Assembly: GCA_041665065.1 (NCBI GenBank)
Contig: JBAYJM010000003.1
Span: forward strand, 5,183 to 69,182
Length of the DNA stretch: 64,000 bases
Direction: 5' to 3'
Source: Candidatus Buchananbacteria bacterium
GTDB lineage: Bacteria > Patescibacteriota > Patescibacteriia > 2-01-FULL-39-33
The notes beneath the pieces are model-generated. The model worked only from the letters and a program-made list of their open reading frames with translations. It did not search any database and was not told the DNA's origin. Below are positions 10,731-20,771 of this stretch, in pieces; position 1 is the stretch's first letter; every line of letters starts with the position of its first letter. The translations under genes and the position numbers were made by a program.

Positions 10731-11135
10731 TTATACAAGGTTTGCTAAAGTGAATTTTCGCAATGTCTTTATAATATTCTTTTGTAATTCATCCCAAACT
10801 TTTTTAGTTAAACAGCCATTGACGGAACATGCTACTTTTCCATTCTCCCCCGCCATGCAATAAAATACAGCTAATGGCCCCTCAAGAGCCTCTACAATTT
10901 CAAAAATATTTATTTCTTTTGGCGATCGTGACAACTTATAGCCTCCACTTACCCCCTTAATACTCTTAACTAAATCATTTGCCTTTAACTTAACAAATAA
11001 ATGTTCCAAATAAGACTGAGATATGTGTTCTTTTTTTGAAATTTCGGTCAGGGAAAGCGGATTATTATTTTTGCCATTTTTTGCCAAAGCCGTCATGGCC
11101 TTAAGACCGTATTCTGTTTTAGTAGTAAACATCAT
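10731..11135 (-). CDS. iscR: Rrf2-family regulator, IscR-like
   Basis: TTKTEYGL, SYLEHLF, GVSGGY, three C-terminal Cys; heads the isc genes. Confidence 0.85.
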   Translation of the reverse strand: MMFTTKTEYGLKAMTALAKNGKNNNPLSLTEISKKEHISQSYLEHLFVKLKANDLVKSIKGVSGGYKLSRSPKEINIFEIVEALEGPLAVFYCMAGENGKVACSVNGCLTKKVWDELQKNIIKTLRKFTLANLV

Positions 11136-11177
11136 AATTCTTGCATTTTAGTTCTAAATAGCTCCTTTCAGCTAAGG

Positions 11178-11238
11178 ATAAACTCCTAGTAAGTTAGTTG
11201 GTTATTTATATAGTAGCAACCGCAAACAAGCATGTCAA
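11178..11238 (-). promoter_or_regulatory. Sigma70 promoter with adjacent candidate Rrf2/IscR operator
   Basis: Minus strand TTGACA-17 nt-TACTAT with extended TG, followed by ATAACCAACTAACTTACTAGGAGT, resembling IscR-type imperfect palindromes. Confidence 0.55.
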
Positions 11239-11242
11239 GTCC

Positions 11243-12061
11243 CTATTTACTGACAATAATCATAATTCTCTGCCCCAAAGCCATTTCCTGGTCGGTCATC
11301 CCGCCTTCAGCTAACTGATGGTTCCAATCGTGAACGGAATTTATTAATTTTTCAAAATCATAACGCCAGCCATTTCCCTTGCGCGTACCGGGATCATTAG
11401 TTATAAACTGAGACCCACTATAGCCCTTGATTACCAACATATGATAAATCGGACCGGGTTGTTTGAAATTAGGGTTGCCTAATTCTCTTCCGGCCGCCGG
11501 CACAATAATCAAATTTCCTTTTGATAATTCATATTTAATGCGATCAACAGAAACATCGGTGGTAAGTTTGGCATTTAAGCCAAAGTATTCTTTTAAAATA
11601 ATTTGGGTCTCTTCTGCAGTAAGATCAACGCCAAAACTCCTTTCCTTCTGCCACCCAATAAGGCCTTGAATCTCTTGCTCCATTATGGTTTCGTCAAGAT
11701 TTTCTTTATGAAAATATTTCGCAGCCATAATCATTGATGCTTCCTCGCAAGACTCTTCATGCAACTCGTCCCAATTTGCAAATGGTGCCTGCTGGGCAAA
11801 AGCAACCCTTAATTCAAAACTTGTGGGAATTAAAACAGTGACCTTTTCTGTTGTCGTTGCCTTGATAGGATGGTCCTTGACGGAAATTGTAGATGTTACG
11901 GAAGAGGTGGATATGAATCTGTCATCGGTTGAGGTTTTATAATCGCTAATAGCATCTCCATTAACCTCAATCTTTAATGCTTGCTTGCTGGTACACGCGG
12001 ATATCAATGGCAAACATAAAACAAGTAACGATATTAAAATTAAATATTTGAATTTGATCAT
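11243..12061 (-). CDS. C39-like cysteine peptidase lipoprotein
   Basis: Lipobox-like LISAC, QQAP, SCEEAS (Cys), PIYHML (His), NDPG (Asp). Confidence 0.8.
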   Translation of the reverse strand: MIKFKYLILISLLVLCLPLISACTSKQALKIEVNGDAISDYKTSTDDRFISTSSVTSTISVKDHPIKATTTEKVTVLIPTSFELRVAFAQQAPFANWDELHEESCEEASMIMAAKYFHKENLDETIMEQEIQGLIGWQKERSFGVDLTAEETQIILKEYFGLNAKLTTDVSVDRIKYELSKGNLIIVPAAGRELGNPNFKQPGPIYHMLVIKGYSGSQFITNDPGTRKGNGWRYDFEKLINSVHDWNHQLAEGGMTDQEMALGQRIMIIVSK

Positions 12062-12068
12062 TTTACTT

Positions 12069-12692
12069 TTAGCAAGGATTATTTTTTGTTTCTTGATTTA
12101 TAACACTATCTGAAATTTTGCCGCCTATATTTTCAATAAGTCCGTTGTATGATTTTAGCGTACAGCATTGCCCGTCAATAAAATTATACTGATATTTTCC
12201 TCCGCTGGCTGGCTCAAGCTGTATGCCAAATATCTGTTTGATTTTCAAATATATTTCCAAATCAGATTTTAACTTATACTTATCTTTGACAAACTTTGCC
12301 AGACTTTGATTTCTTTTGATCATGCCGCTTATTGCCTCATCGGGAACCGGCCCCGGCATGCCATAGCACGTTCCCGGTTTATATTTATCAACTAAATATA
12401 ATTTAATTTGGAGGTTCTCCGGCATTAAATCATCTTGGGCAATATCGCTTTTTGTTGTAGATGATGCTTGCTCCGATGAAATAAGCGGATCCGGATAAAA
12501 CTTTTTAACCTGCGCTTGTTTTGGCGTATTTTTATCCACTTTCGGCTGGCCTGAACTATTATTTGTTATATTCTGATTGGCTTCTTCTTTTTTACTGTTT
12601 ATGGTTCCAGATGAAGTATTATCAGCTAATGAACAAGCCGTCAAGGCCACGAGGGAAATTAGCACAAAAGACGTTAGAATTATTTTTTTCAT
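12069..12692 (-). CDS. Hypothetical lipoprotein
   Basis: Lipobox LTAC, low-complexity linker, Cys-containing C-terminal domain. Confidence 0.7.
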   Translation of the reverse strand: MKKIILTSFVLISLVALTACSLADNTSSGTINSKKEEANQNITNNSSGQPKVDKNTPKQAQVKKFYPDPLISSEQASSTTKSDIAQDDLMPENLQIKLYLVDKYKPGTCYGMPGPVPDEAISGMIKRNQSLAKFVKDKYKLKSDLEIYLKIKQIFGIQLEPASGGKYQYNFIDGQCCTLKSYNGLIENIGGKISDSVINQETKNNPC

Positions 12693-12756
12693 AAAGATTT
12701 ATTTTTGTTTTATTTTATTATAACATAAACCCAGTCTATCAAATAGAAAAAAGGCC

Positions 12757-12785
12757 TTGACATTTCGACCAAAATTGGTTAAAAT
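12757..12785 (+). promoter_or_regulatory. Sigma70 promoter for rpmA
   Basis: TTGACA-17 nt-TAAAAT. Confidence 0.7.
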
Positions 12786-12872
12786 AATTTTATATGGGAT
12801 TGTTGCAGCATTTCCAATTTAAATAAATAAAGAACAAAAGATTCCCACGCATTTTCGCCAGAGCGAATTTCG

Positions 12873-12896
12873 AGCCTGCCTGTCCGGTAGGCAGGG
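12873..12896. repeat. REP-like palindromic element, copy 1
   Basis: AGCCTGCCTGTCCGGTAGGCAGGG hairpin, near-identical to 46747-46769. Confidence 0.7.
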
Positions 12897-12927
12897 ATGA
12901 CATATAAGGGAAATAACTAATAATAAT

Positions 12928-13200
12928 ATGGCACATAAAAAAGCGGGCGGCAGTACCAGGCTGGGCCGAGATTCCAATGCCCAACGTCTTGGTATCAAGC
13001 TTTATGGCGGGGAGATCGCCAAGCCGGGAGCTATTATTGTACGCCAAAGAGGCACACGATATAAAGCAGGACTAAATACAAAAGTAGGAAAAGACGATAC
13101 TATTTTTTCAACATCAAAAGGAATTGTCAGCTTCAATAAGAAAAAAATCAAAAAATTTACCGGAAAGTTAGAATACGCTCAAATTGTAAATGTAAAATAA
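12928..13200 (+). CDS. rpmA: 50S ribosomal protein L27
   Basis: [24 protein letters not shown]. Confidence 0.98.
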   Translation: MAHKKAGGSTRLGRDSNAQRLGIKLYGGEIAKPGAIIVRQRGTRYKAGLNTKVGKDDTIFSTSKGIVSFNKKKIKKFTGKLEYAQIVNVK

Positions 13201-13206
13201 AGTTCT

Positions 13207-13240
13207 TAAAAATTCACTCCGATTTCGGAGTGAATTTTTA
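13207..13240. terminator. Bidirectional intrinsic terminator
   Basis: TAAAAATTCACTCCGA-TT-TCGGAGTGAATTTTTA between rpmA and pyrG. Confidence 0.88.
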
Positions 13241-13246
13241 TTTACG

Positions 13247-14905
13247 TTAATTTTTAATTCCCGCTTTTATCAGCCCATAGAATAAAGGGTGTGGTTTTAG
13301 GGGCCTTGATTTAAACTCCGGATGAAATTGAACGCCAATAAAGAATGGGTGCTGATCCTTTGATAATTCTACAATTTCAACCAGCTCATTGTCAGGTGAA
13401 GTGCCTGAAATATTTAACCCTGCCTTTTCACAGACTTCGCGGTAGTCATTATTAAATTCATACCTGTGCCTATGTCTTTCAGAAATTCCAAGCGTTTCAT
13501 ACAGTTCATAAGCCAGCGCTCCCTCTCTTAAAATACAAGGGTAAGCCCCCAAACGCATCGTATTGCCATATTGTTTTTTAAAAAGTTTTTCAGCTTGCTC
13601 GGGAATGATGTGGATTATCGGATTTGAAGTATCTGGATTAATTTCAGTCGTGTGCGCATCAGCCAAATTCAAAACGTTCCTGGCAAATTCAATTGTGGCC
13701 AATTGCATACCATAACAAAGGCCCAAGTATGGAATTTTATTTTCCCGTGCAAATTTAATGGCTGAAATTTTTCCCTCTATTCCCCTACTACCAAAACCGC
13801 CCGGCACCACCAAACAATCAAACTGCATTAATTCATTTATTTTCTCCGGTTCTTTTTCATAAATGTCGCTATTTATCCATTCAATTTGAGGCTTGCGAGA
13901 ATTGTGCCAAGCTGCGAACTTCAAACTTTCAATTACTGAAATGTAGGCGTCGGATAAAATAAAATCTCCACTTTCAAAATACTTGCCGATTATTCCGATT
14001 TTAACTTCTTGACTGCATGACTGAGATTTTGCCACAAAATCGCGCCACTCCTGCAAATCCTGCTGCTTGGGCTCCAATTTTAATTTCTTTAAGATCTTTT
14101 CTGATAAATTTTCTTTTTCAAAATTTATCGGCACTTGATATACGCTCTCAACATCCGGCGCTGAAATAATATTTTCCTTTGGCACGCTGCAAAACAAAGC
14201 CAGCTTTTCTTTTCTTGGCTCATCAAGCGGAAATGAAGATCTGCCCAATATAAAATCCGGCTGAATTCCCGCCGCATTTAACTCTCTTGCCGCAGCTTGC
14301 GTCGGCTTAGTTTTCATTTCGCCGATTTTTGAAGGTATCGGCAAATAACTGACCAAGACAAAAGCCACATCATCAGGATTTTCCAAATGCATCATCCTGG
14401 CGGCTTCTAAAAATAAAATATTTTGATATTCACCAGCAGTTCCGCCGACTTCAATTATTGTAATATCAGCATCCGCTTTTTCAGTAGCTTTTTTAATCCT
14501 ATCAATGACTTCATATGGTACATGAGGGACAACCTCAACGCATTTTCCGCCATATTCCAAATTCCTCTCCCTGTTAATTACCGACTGATACACCCTGCCC
14601 GTAGTCATGTAATTATCTCTTAAAATATTATTATCCAAGAACCTTTCATAATTACCAATATCCTGATCTGTCTCATCTCCGTCCTCGGTGACAAAAACTT
14701 CTCCATGCTCAACCGGATTCATGGTTCCGGCATCAACATTGACATAGGGGTCAATTTTAATGTTTGTAATCCTAAAGCCCCTGCCTTGCAAAATTTTTCC
14801 GATTGAAGCCGAGGCAATTCCCTTTCCCACTCCTGACATCACGCCGCCAATAATAAAAATGTACTTTCTTTTTTTGCCAATTATGGCAAATTTTTCACTT
14901 TCCAT
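13247..14905 (-). CDS. pyrG: CTP synthase
   Basis: GGVMSGVGKG, KIDPYVNVDAGTM, KTKPTQ, GLCYG, ERHRHRYE, QFHPE; start moved to ATG at 14905. Confidence 0.97.
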   Translation of the reverse strand: MESEKFAIIGKKRKYIFIIGGVMSGVGKGIASASIGKILQGRGFRITNIKIDPYVNVDAGTMNPVEHGEVFVTEDGDETDQDIGNYERFLDNNILRDNYMTTGRVYQSVINRERNLEYGGKCVEVVPHVPYEVIDRIKKATEKADADITIIEVGGTAGEYQNILFLEAARMMHLENPDDVAFVLVSYLPIPSKIGEMKTKPTQAAARELNAAGIQPDFILGRSSFPLDEPRKEKLALFCSVPKENIISAPDVESVYQVPINFEKENLSEKILKKLKLEPKQQDLQEWRDFVAKSQSCSQEVKIGIIGKYFESGDFILSDAYISVIESLKFAAWHNSRKPQIEWINSDIYEKEPEKINELMQFDCLVVPGGFGSRGIEGKISAIKFARENKIPYLGLCYGMQLATIEFARNVLNLADAHTTEINPDTSNPIIHIIPEQAEKLFKKQYGNTMRLGAYPCILREGALAYELYETLGISERHRHRYEFNNDYREVCEKAGLNISGTSPDNELVEIVELSKDQHPFFIGVQFHPEFKSRPLKPHPLFYGLIKAGIKN

Positions 14906-14973
14906 AAAATTTGTCACCTTCCCTTGCCAAAGCCCATCCCCCGGCAAGAATTATTAATTAAATTATTGCAAAA

Positions 14974-15004
14974 GAAAAAATAGAGATTTTTTCTCTATTT
15001 TTTC
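14974..15004 (-). terminator. Probable terminator after rplI
   Basis: GAAAAAATAGAGA-TTTTT-TCTCTATTTTTTC inverted repeat. Confidence 0.55.
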
Positions 15005-15023
15005 GTTAGTAATGTAAAAACTT

Positions 15024-15467
15024 CTATTTTTCTACTACTGATATGCATATTTCTGTTTCTAGGCCATGATCTAAATTAATTTTAACCTTATAGTCGCCAA
15101 GCTCCTTGATTGGCTCGGGTAATATTATCTTTTCCTTATTTACTATAATTCCCTTTTCTTTTAAGCCTTCAAAAATTGATGACTTTGTAATTGACGCATA
15201 CAAACGGCCGTAATTATTAATCTCTCCGCTTATTTCTAAAACCGTTGTATTTAACTTATTTGCTAATTTTTCAGTACTAATTAAATCCTTTTCTGCGTCT
15301 TTAATTTTTTTTATCTGCAACTGTTTTGTTAGATTAACGGCCTTAGGCGTTGCCACAGCAGCTAATTTATTTGGCATTAAATAATTCTTTGCATAACCGT
15401 CGGCAACCTCTTTTATGTCAGAGGCCTTTCCTAATCCTGATACATTTTTTAAAAGAATCACTTTCAT
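15024..15467 (-). CDS. rplI: 50S ribosomal protein L9
   Basis: [27 protein letters not shown]. Confidence 0.96.
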   Translation of the reverse strand: MKVILLKNVSGLGKASDIKEVADGYAKNYLMPNKLAAVATPKAVNLTKQLQIKKIKDAEKDLISTEKLANKLNTTVLEISGEINNYGRLYASITKSSIFEGLKEKGIIVNKEKIILPEPIKELGDYKVKINLDHGLETEICISVVEK

Positions 15468-15469
15468 AA

Positions 15470-16741
15470 TTATTTGTTCAACTCTTGCAATGCCCTATCC
15501 AGTTGCGGATCCTTGTTTTGATTAAAATCTTCTTCTGTAAAATCAACCTTAATATCCGGCTCTATCCCTAACTGGTCTATTGATCGATTTTTGGGGGTAA
15601 ACCACTTTGCAACCGTGACCTTGACCGCAGATCCGTTGCTTAAAGTAATTAAATCCTGAACCGATCCCTTCCCAAATGTCTTTTCTCCAACTAATTTTGC
15701 CTTTCCATAGTCCTGTAAAGCGCCCGCAACAATTTCTGAAGCAGATGCACTTCCACCATCGACTAAAACCACCGTGGGCACATTTTGCAATTTAATCTGT
15801 TGCCCTGAAACATGCTTAATTTCCGTGCCATCGCTTTTTCTTTCAATTACTGCGGTTTGTGGGCCAACCAGTTCACCCACCATATCAATTGCCGATTGCA
15901 GATAGCCGCCAGGATTATTTCGCAAATCTATAATTAAACCCTTTGAGCTTTTAGTATTTATTTCGTTTAAAGCATTTTCAAAAAGAGAAATTGTATCGTC
16001 ATTAAACTGACGGACTTTTAGATAGGCAATATCGCCCTTATATTCCAGGCTGACGCTTTTTACATTAATAGTCTCGCGAGTAATTGTAAAATCCGCTGGA
16101 GAATCAGTGCCCCTAAGAATTGACAACGTTACTTTTGTACCCTTTGGACCCCTTATCAAACTCACTGCATCTGTTACTGTCATGTTTTGCGTGCTAGTGC
16201 CGTTAACTTTCAAAATAATATCATTGGGCTTTAATCCAGCCTTAAATGCTGGGCTATCAGGCAAAGGAGACACAATTGTAACATTGTTATTTTTTATAGC
16301 TATTTCAGCCCCGATTCCCTCAAAATTACCTTGAAGATCCTGCTGAAAAGTTGAGTTGCCTTGAGGCGTAAAAAACACAGAATAAGGATCATTTAACGAA
16401 TTGACAATGCCGGCTAAAGCGCCATAAAAAAGCTGGGTATCAGGAACACCCTTTACATAATAATTATCTTTTACCGCATTCCAAACCTCCCAGAACAAAT
16501 TAAAATCCACGTCTTCAGTTAAATATGTGGGCAACTTGCCATTATCTACCAACAATGATCCGCTGGAAGTTTGACTGTTCGTGCTATTTATTGCTGATGC
16601 GCCCTTAATTGTGCCTTGATTATTGGCGTTGAATATATTTGTTCCACCGGCAAAAACACCCCCGCTGAAAGCCAATATAATTAAAATAATCGCCAGCCAG
16701 AGCGATATCCGCGCCCTTAAATTAATTTTATTTTTATCCAT
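15470..16741 (-). CDS. ctpA: S41 carboxyl-terminal processing protease with PDZ domain
   Basis: [30 protein letters not shown]. Confidence 0.93.
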   Translation of the reverse strand: MDKNKINLRARISLWLAIILIILAFSGGVFAGGTNIFNANNQGTIKGASAINSTNSQTSSGSLLVDNGKLPTYLTEDVDFNLFWEVWNAVKDNYYVKGVPDTQLFYGALAGIVNSLNDPYSVFFTPQGNSTFQQDLQGNFEGIGAEIAIKNNNVTIVSPLPDSPAFKAGLKPNDIILKVNGTSTQNMTVTDAVSLIRGPKGTKVTLSILRGTDSPADFTITRETINVKSVSLEYKGDIAYLKVRQFNDDTISLFENALNEINTKSSKGLIIDLRNNPGGYLQSAIDMVGELVGPQTAVIERKSDGTEIKHVSGQQIKLQNVPTVVLVDGGSASASEIVAGALQDYGKAKLVGEKTFGKGSVQDLITLSNGSAVKVTVAKWFTPKNRSIDQLGIEPDIKVDFTEEDFNQNKDPQLDRALQELNK

Positions 16742-16792
16742 AAGTTTTTAAATCATTTTTTGATTATATCAGAAAAAAGAAAGAAAGCCAAA

Positions 16793-16822
16793 TTGACTAA
16801 AAATATCGATTATGAGTATAAT
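16793..16822 (+). promoter_or_regulatory. Sigma70 promoter for murA
   Basis: TTGACT-18 nt-TATAAT. Confidence 0.55.
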
Positions 16823-16896
16823 ATAGCCAGCTCAAATACAAATATTTGAGTCAATATTAACAATTATTATTATAGAAAACATTAACTTAAACAATA

Positions 16897-18150
16897 ATGG
16901 AAAAGTACCTAATTGAAGGAGGAAACAAATTGAGCGGAGAAATAAAAGTTGCTGGCGCCAAGAATGAGGCGCTTAAAATCCTAGCCGCATGCGTATTATC
17001 AGGTGAAGAATGCCAAATTCACAACATGCCAAAAATTGAAGATATTTCCAGAATGATTGAAATTCTTGAAAGCATGGGTGCAGACATTAAATCCAATGGC
17101 TCCACATTAATAATTAATTGCGGCAAAATTAATAGGCCAGAGCCTGATCCAAATTTGGTAAGAAAGTTAAGGGCATCAGTTATGTTTGCCGGTCCTCTAT
17201 TGGCACGTTTTGGCAAGGTGAGCTTACCTCATCCCGGCGGATGCGTCATTGGCAAAAGACCAATTGATATGTTTCTGGCTGGATTTAAAGCATTGGGTGC
17301 TGAAGTAATTGAAGATGAAAATAGTTACACACTTAAGGCAGACAAATTAAGGGGTGCCAAAATCGTAATGCCCTGGGTAATGGTAACAGCCACGGAAAGC
17401 TTAATGATGACAGCCTGTTTAGCCGAGGGCACAACAACAATCGTTAATGCCGCCATGGAACCGGAAATTACTGCGCTGGCTGATTTCTTGAATTCGTGTG
17501 GGGCTAAAATATCAGGAGCCGGCACAACTCGCATCACAATTGAGGGGGTTGAAAAAATTAACGGAGGAAGTTGTACTGTCATTCCCGACAGAATTGAAGC
17601 TGGATCTTTTGTTATGATGGGGCTCATTACAAATAGCAATATTAAAGTTACTGGATGCAACCCGAGTCATCTTGAAACGGTTATTGCCACACTTAAAAAG
17701 GCAGGTGCCGATTTAGAAATTGGAGATGATTACATTATTACACTGCCAAGCAAACTAAAAGGAATAGAGCTTAAAACCCATGAATACCCGGGCTTCGTCA
17801 CAGACTTACAAGCACCATTTACAGTGCTCATGACTCAGGCCGATGGGATGAGCTTAATTCATGAAACTATCTATGACGGGCGCTTATTTTATACCGACAA
17901 ACTAGTAACTATGGGCTCTCATATCATTATGTGCGACCCCCATAGAGTGATCATAAACGGTCCGACCCAATTATATGGACGAAAGCTTGAAAGTCCCGAC
18001 ATAAGGGCTGGAATGGCTTTGGTTTTAGCCGGTTTGGCAGCCAAAGGCAGTACTACCATTGAAAACATCTATCAAATAGAACGAGGTTATGAAAACGTGG
18101 TCGAGAGGCTAAAGGCTCTAGGAGCTAAAATAGAAAAAACTCAAGATTAG
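16897..18150 (+). CDS. murA: UDP-N-acetylglucosamine 1-carboxyvinyltransferase
   Basis: GAKNEA, LRASV, PGGCVIGKRP (catalytic Cys), PDRIEAG, YPGFVTDLQ, DIRAG. Confidence 0.97.
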   Translation: MEKYLIEGGNKLSGEIKVAGAKNEALKILAACVLSGEECQIHNMPKIEDISRMIEILESMGADIKSNGSTLIINCGKINRPEPDPNLVRKLRASVMFAGPLLARFGKVSLPHPGGCVIGKRPIDMFLAGFKALGAEVIEDENSYTLKADKLRGAKIVMPWVMVTATESLMMTACLAEGTTTIVNAAMEPEITALADFLNSCGAKISGAGTTRITIEGVEKINGGSCTVIPDRIEAGSFVMMGLITNSNIKVTGCNPSHLETVIATLKKAGADLEIGDDYIITLPSKLKGIELKTHEYPGFVTDLQAPFTVLMTQADGMSLIHETIYDGRLFYTDKLVTMGSHIIMCDPHRVIINGPTQLYGRKLESPDIRAGMALVLAGLAAKGSTTIENIYQIERGYENVVERLKALGAKIEKTQD

Positions 18151-18151
18151 T

Positions 18152-19462
18152 ATGAAATTAATATACAGGAGAATAACCTATTCTATTTTTATCCTAATTT
18201 TTTTAATTGCCACTCCGCTTATACTTCTTTATACTTCCGGCTATCGATATAACTTTGAAAAGGGTCGCGTACAAAAAACCGGCATTCTAATACTTAGCAC
18301 AGTGCCACGCAAAGCAGAGATTTCTTTAAATGGAAAAGTAGTGGAAAACAAAACAACGCCGGCTGAAATTAAAAATGTTTTGCCTGGAGATTATGAAATC
18401 ACCATAAACAAAGAAGGTTATCATCCTTGGAATAAAAAATTGCCGGTTTATGAAAATTCAACTACTTTTGCAGAAAAAATTATTTTGTGGAGAGATGATG
18501 AACCAAAAATTATTAAGGAGAATTCATCCAAATTGTGGTCTTATGCACCCGACAAACAGCAAATCGCATTAGTTGATGAAAAAAATGGCCTTTATATTTT
18601 TTCCTTAAATGACAGTTCACTAAAGTATCTGGGAACAGCCGATAAAAATACCAATCAAATTATTTGGTCTCAAAACAACAAAAAAATAGCGCTTGCCAAT
18701 GGTGAGGGGAAAGATAAGTTTTTTGACGTTTATGAACTAAGTGCTGCCGACCACAAATGGCAAACAATAAGCGGGTATGAGACAATTTCTTGGCCACTAA
18801 ATGGCAATGAAGATTTTATTTATGGCTTAAATAGCGAAGGCATCTGGAGCGTTAATTTGAAAAACAACTCAAAACAATTGCTAGCCGATAGAGAAGATAT
18901 TGATGATTTTTTAATAGACAGTGCATCATTATATCTAATAAGCAAAAAACAAATTATAAGACAGGACCTGAATAATCCCGCAAAAAAGCAAGCTATTGCT
19001 CAAACGGAAAGAACCGGATATAAATTTTTAAGAGAAGAAAATAACAAGCTTATTTTGTCGGATAATCTGGGCAATATTGCGGTCATCGATAAAAATAACG
19101 CCTTTAAGCCGATTGAAATTAATGCCAAAAATATTGAATGGCGCAATTCCAATATATTTTTGTATTATAATGATTTTGAAATTGCCATTGTTAATTTGGA
19201 GAAGGATAAAAAAACGATTATCACCAGAGTAAGCCGGCAAATCAGCATGGCAATATGGCATGACCAAGGGAGAGACATCATCTATTCATCCGGCAATAAT
19301 ATTAATATAATAGAGATTGATGACAGAGAACTCAGAAATATAGTATCTCTCACTGATAATACAAGGGCAGATTTTTTGGCAACATCAGCAAATGGCAAAA
19401 CTTTATATTTTTCCGGAGCGACAGATAACAAAAATGGAATTTTTAAATTAGAATTGCAGTAA
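18152..19462 (+). CDS. PEGA-domain membrane-anchored protein with probable beta-propeller
   Basis: TM, GYRYNF..VQKTG, PGDYEITINKEGYHPW (PEGA), TolB-like repeats. Confidence 0.8.
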   Translation: MKLIYRRITYSIFILIFLIATPLILLYTSGYRYNFEKGRVQKTGILILSTVPRKAEISLNGKVVENKTTPAEIKNVLPGDYEITINKEGYHPWNKKLPVYENSTTFAEKIILWRDDEPKIIKENSSKLWSYAPDKQQIALVDEKNGLYIFSLNDSSLKYLGTADKNTNQIIWSQNNKKIALANGEGKDKFFDVYELSAADHKWQTISGYETISWPLNGNEDFIYGLNSEGIWSVNLKNNSKQLLADREDIDDFLIDSASLYLISKKQIIRQDLNNPAKKQAIAQTERTGYKFLREENNKLILSDNLGNIAVIDKNNAFKPIEINAKNIEWRNSNIFLYYNDFEIAIVNLEKDKKTIITRVSRQISMAIWHDQGRDIIYSSGNNINIIEIDDRELRNIVSLTDNTRADFLATSANGKTLYFSGATDNKNGIFKLELQ

Positions 19463-19475
19463 ATAAAGCTAAGAT

Positions 19476-19502
19476 AAAAAGCCGCATTATGCGGCTTTTT
19501 TT
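19476..19502. terminator. Bidirectional intrinsic terminator
   Basis: AAAAAGCCGCAT-T-ATGCGGCTTTTT. Confidence 0.85.
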
Positions 19503-19911
19503 ATAAATTTGATTTTATCTTTTTTAAAACCTTTGTTATTTCTCCCTCATCATATTCAGACCCCTTCCAAAGTTCATGGCCGTCCCCCGGAAATCTAGGC
19601 ATTATATGCCAATGAAAATGATTTATTAATTGGCCAGCCAACTTTCCATTATTCAACCCTAAATTAAAATCACTAGCGTCAACCGCCTTAAGAATTATCG
19701 GGGTAATTATTTTTATCGTTTTTACAATTTTACAAGCCAGGTCCTCCGGTAATTCAATTATATTATTGGGATAATGCTGTTTAGGAATTACCAAAACATG
19801 ACCAGGATTTACAGGCATAATATCTAATATCGCCAATACATCATCATCCTCAAAAACCTTATAGCTTGGCAAATCACCTTTTACAATTTTACAAAATATA
19901 CAGTCTTCCAT
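19501..19911 (-). CDS. HIT family nucleotide hydrolase
   Basis: DCIFCKI, GHVLVIPK, HFHWH triad; start moved to ATG at 19911. Confidence 0.93.
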   Translation of the reverse strand: MEDCIFCKIVKGDLPSYKVFEDDDVLAILDIMPVNPGHVLVIPKQHYPNNIIELPEDLACKIVKTIKIITPIILKAVDASDFNLGLNNGKLAGQLINHFHWHIMPRFPGDGHELWKGSEYDEGEITKVLKKIKSNL

Positions 19912-19921
19912 ATTATTTTTA

Positions 19922-20767
19922 TTAAATAATTTTAAAAATCTGTTTAGCATTTTTTGTTGTCTGCGCAATAACATCCTTAAGACTCAAACCCTTTAGCTCA
20001 GCTATCTTCTTAGCCACCTGTTCAACAAATATCGGTTCATTTCTTTGTCCCCTAAACGGTTCCGGCGTTAAATATGGAGAATCTGTTTCTATTAAAATAT
20101 TCTCTAGTGGCACCTCCCTAACTACTTCCTGGATCAACTCCGATTTCTTTTTAAAAGTAACTATCCCCGTAATGCCGACTGCAAACCCAAGCTTAATAAA
20201 TTCTTTTGCAATCTCAACGCTGCCCGAAATATAACAATGCATTACCCCTTTTTTTTCTAAAAGTGGCAATATTTCCTTCGTCTTTAGAATATCTAAAATA
20301 TCTAAATATGCATCATTGCTATTTTCCGAAGCTCTTGAATGTATAATTAATGGTTTATTTAAACTATTAGCCAGTTCAATATGTTTTAAAAAATATTCTT
20401 TCTGAATTTTTTTAACTTTTTCCATTTCACTGCCCAGCCTTAGATAATCCAAACCAGTCTCGCCGATTGCGACTACCTTAAAATTTTTAGCCAACCGTGA
20501 GATTTCCAAGAACATTTCAGAAATTTCTATATTTGCTCCATTATGTTTATCAGCCTCAATCGGATCCGACACATGGATGGGATGTATGCCCACAGAAGAA
20601 AAAAAACCACTATTAGTATTTGCAATTTCGATCGTCTTTTTAGATGTTGCCAGCTGAGATCCGACATTTACCACGATCATTTTTTTATCAACGCACCGCT
20701 TAATGACTTGTGCCAAGTCATCCTCAAAGGCTTTAAAATTAAGATGGGCATGAGAATCAAACAACAT
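19922..20767 (-). CDS. tatD: TatD family nuclease
   Basis: DSHAH, GIHP, IGETGLDY, IHSR, ETDSPYL. Confidence 0.93.
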   Translation of the reverse strand: MLFDSHAHLNFKAFEDDLAQVIKRCVDKKMIVVNVGSQLATSKKTIEIANTNSGFFSSVGIHPIHVSDPIEADKHNGANIEISEMFLEISRLAKNFKVVAIGETGLDYLRLGSEMEKVKKIQKEYFLKHIELANSLNKPLIIHSRASENSNDAYLDILDILKTKEILPLLEKKGVMHCYISGSVEIAKEFIKLGFAVGITGIVTFKKKSELIQEVVREVPLENILIETDSPYLTPEPFRGQRNEPIFVEQVAKKIAELKGLSLKDVIAQTTKNAKQIFKII

Positions 20768-20771
20768 ATAA

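Noticed and set aside
12790-13047. Minus-strand ORF containing LPTGQAG
   Set aside because: Overlaps rpmA antisense; the motif is only the translated palindromic element
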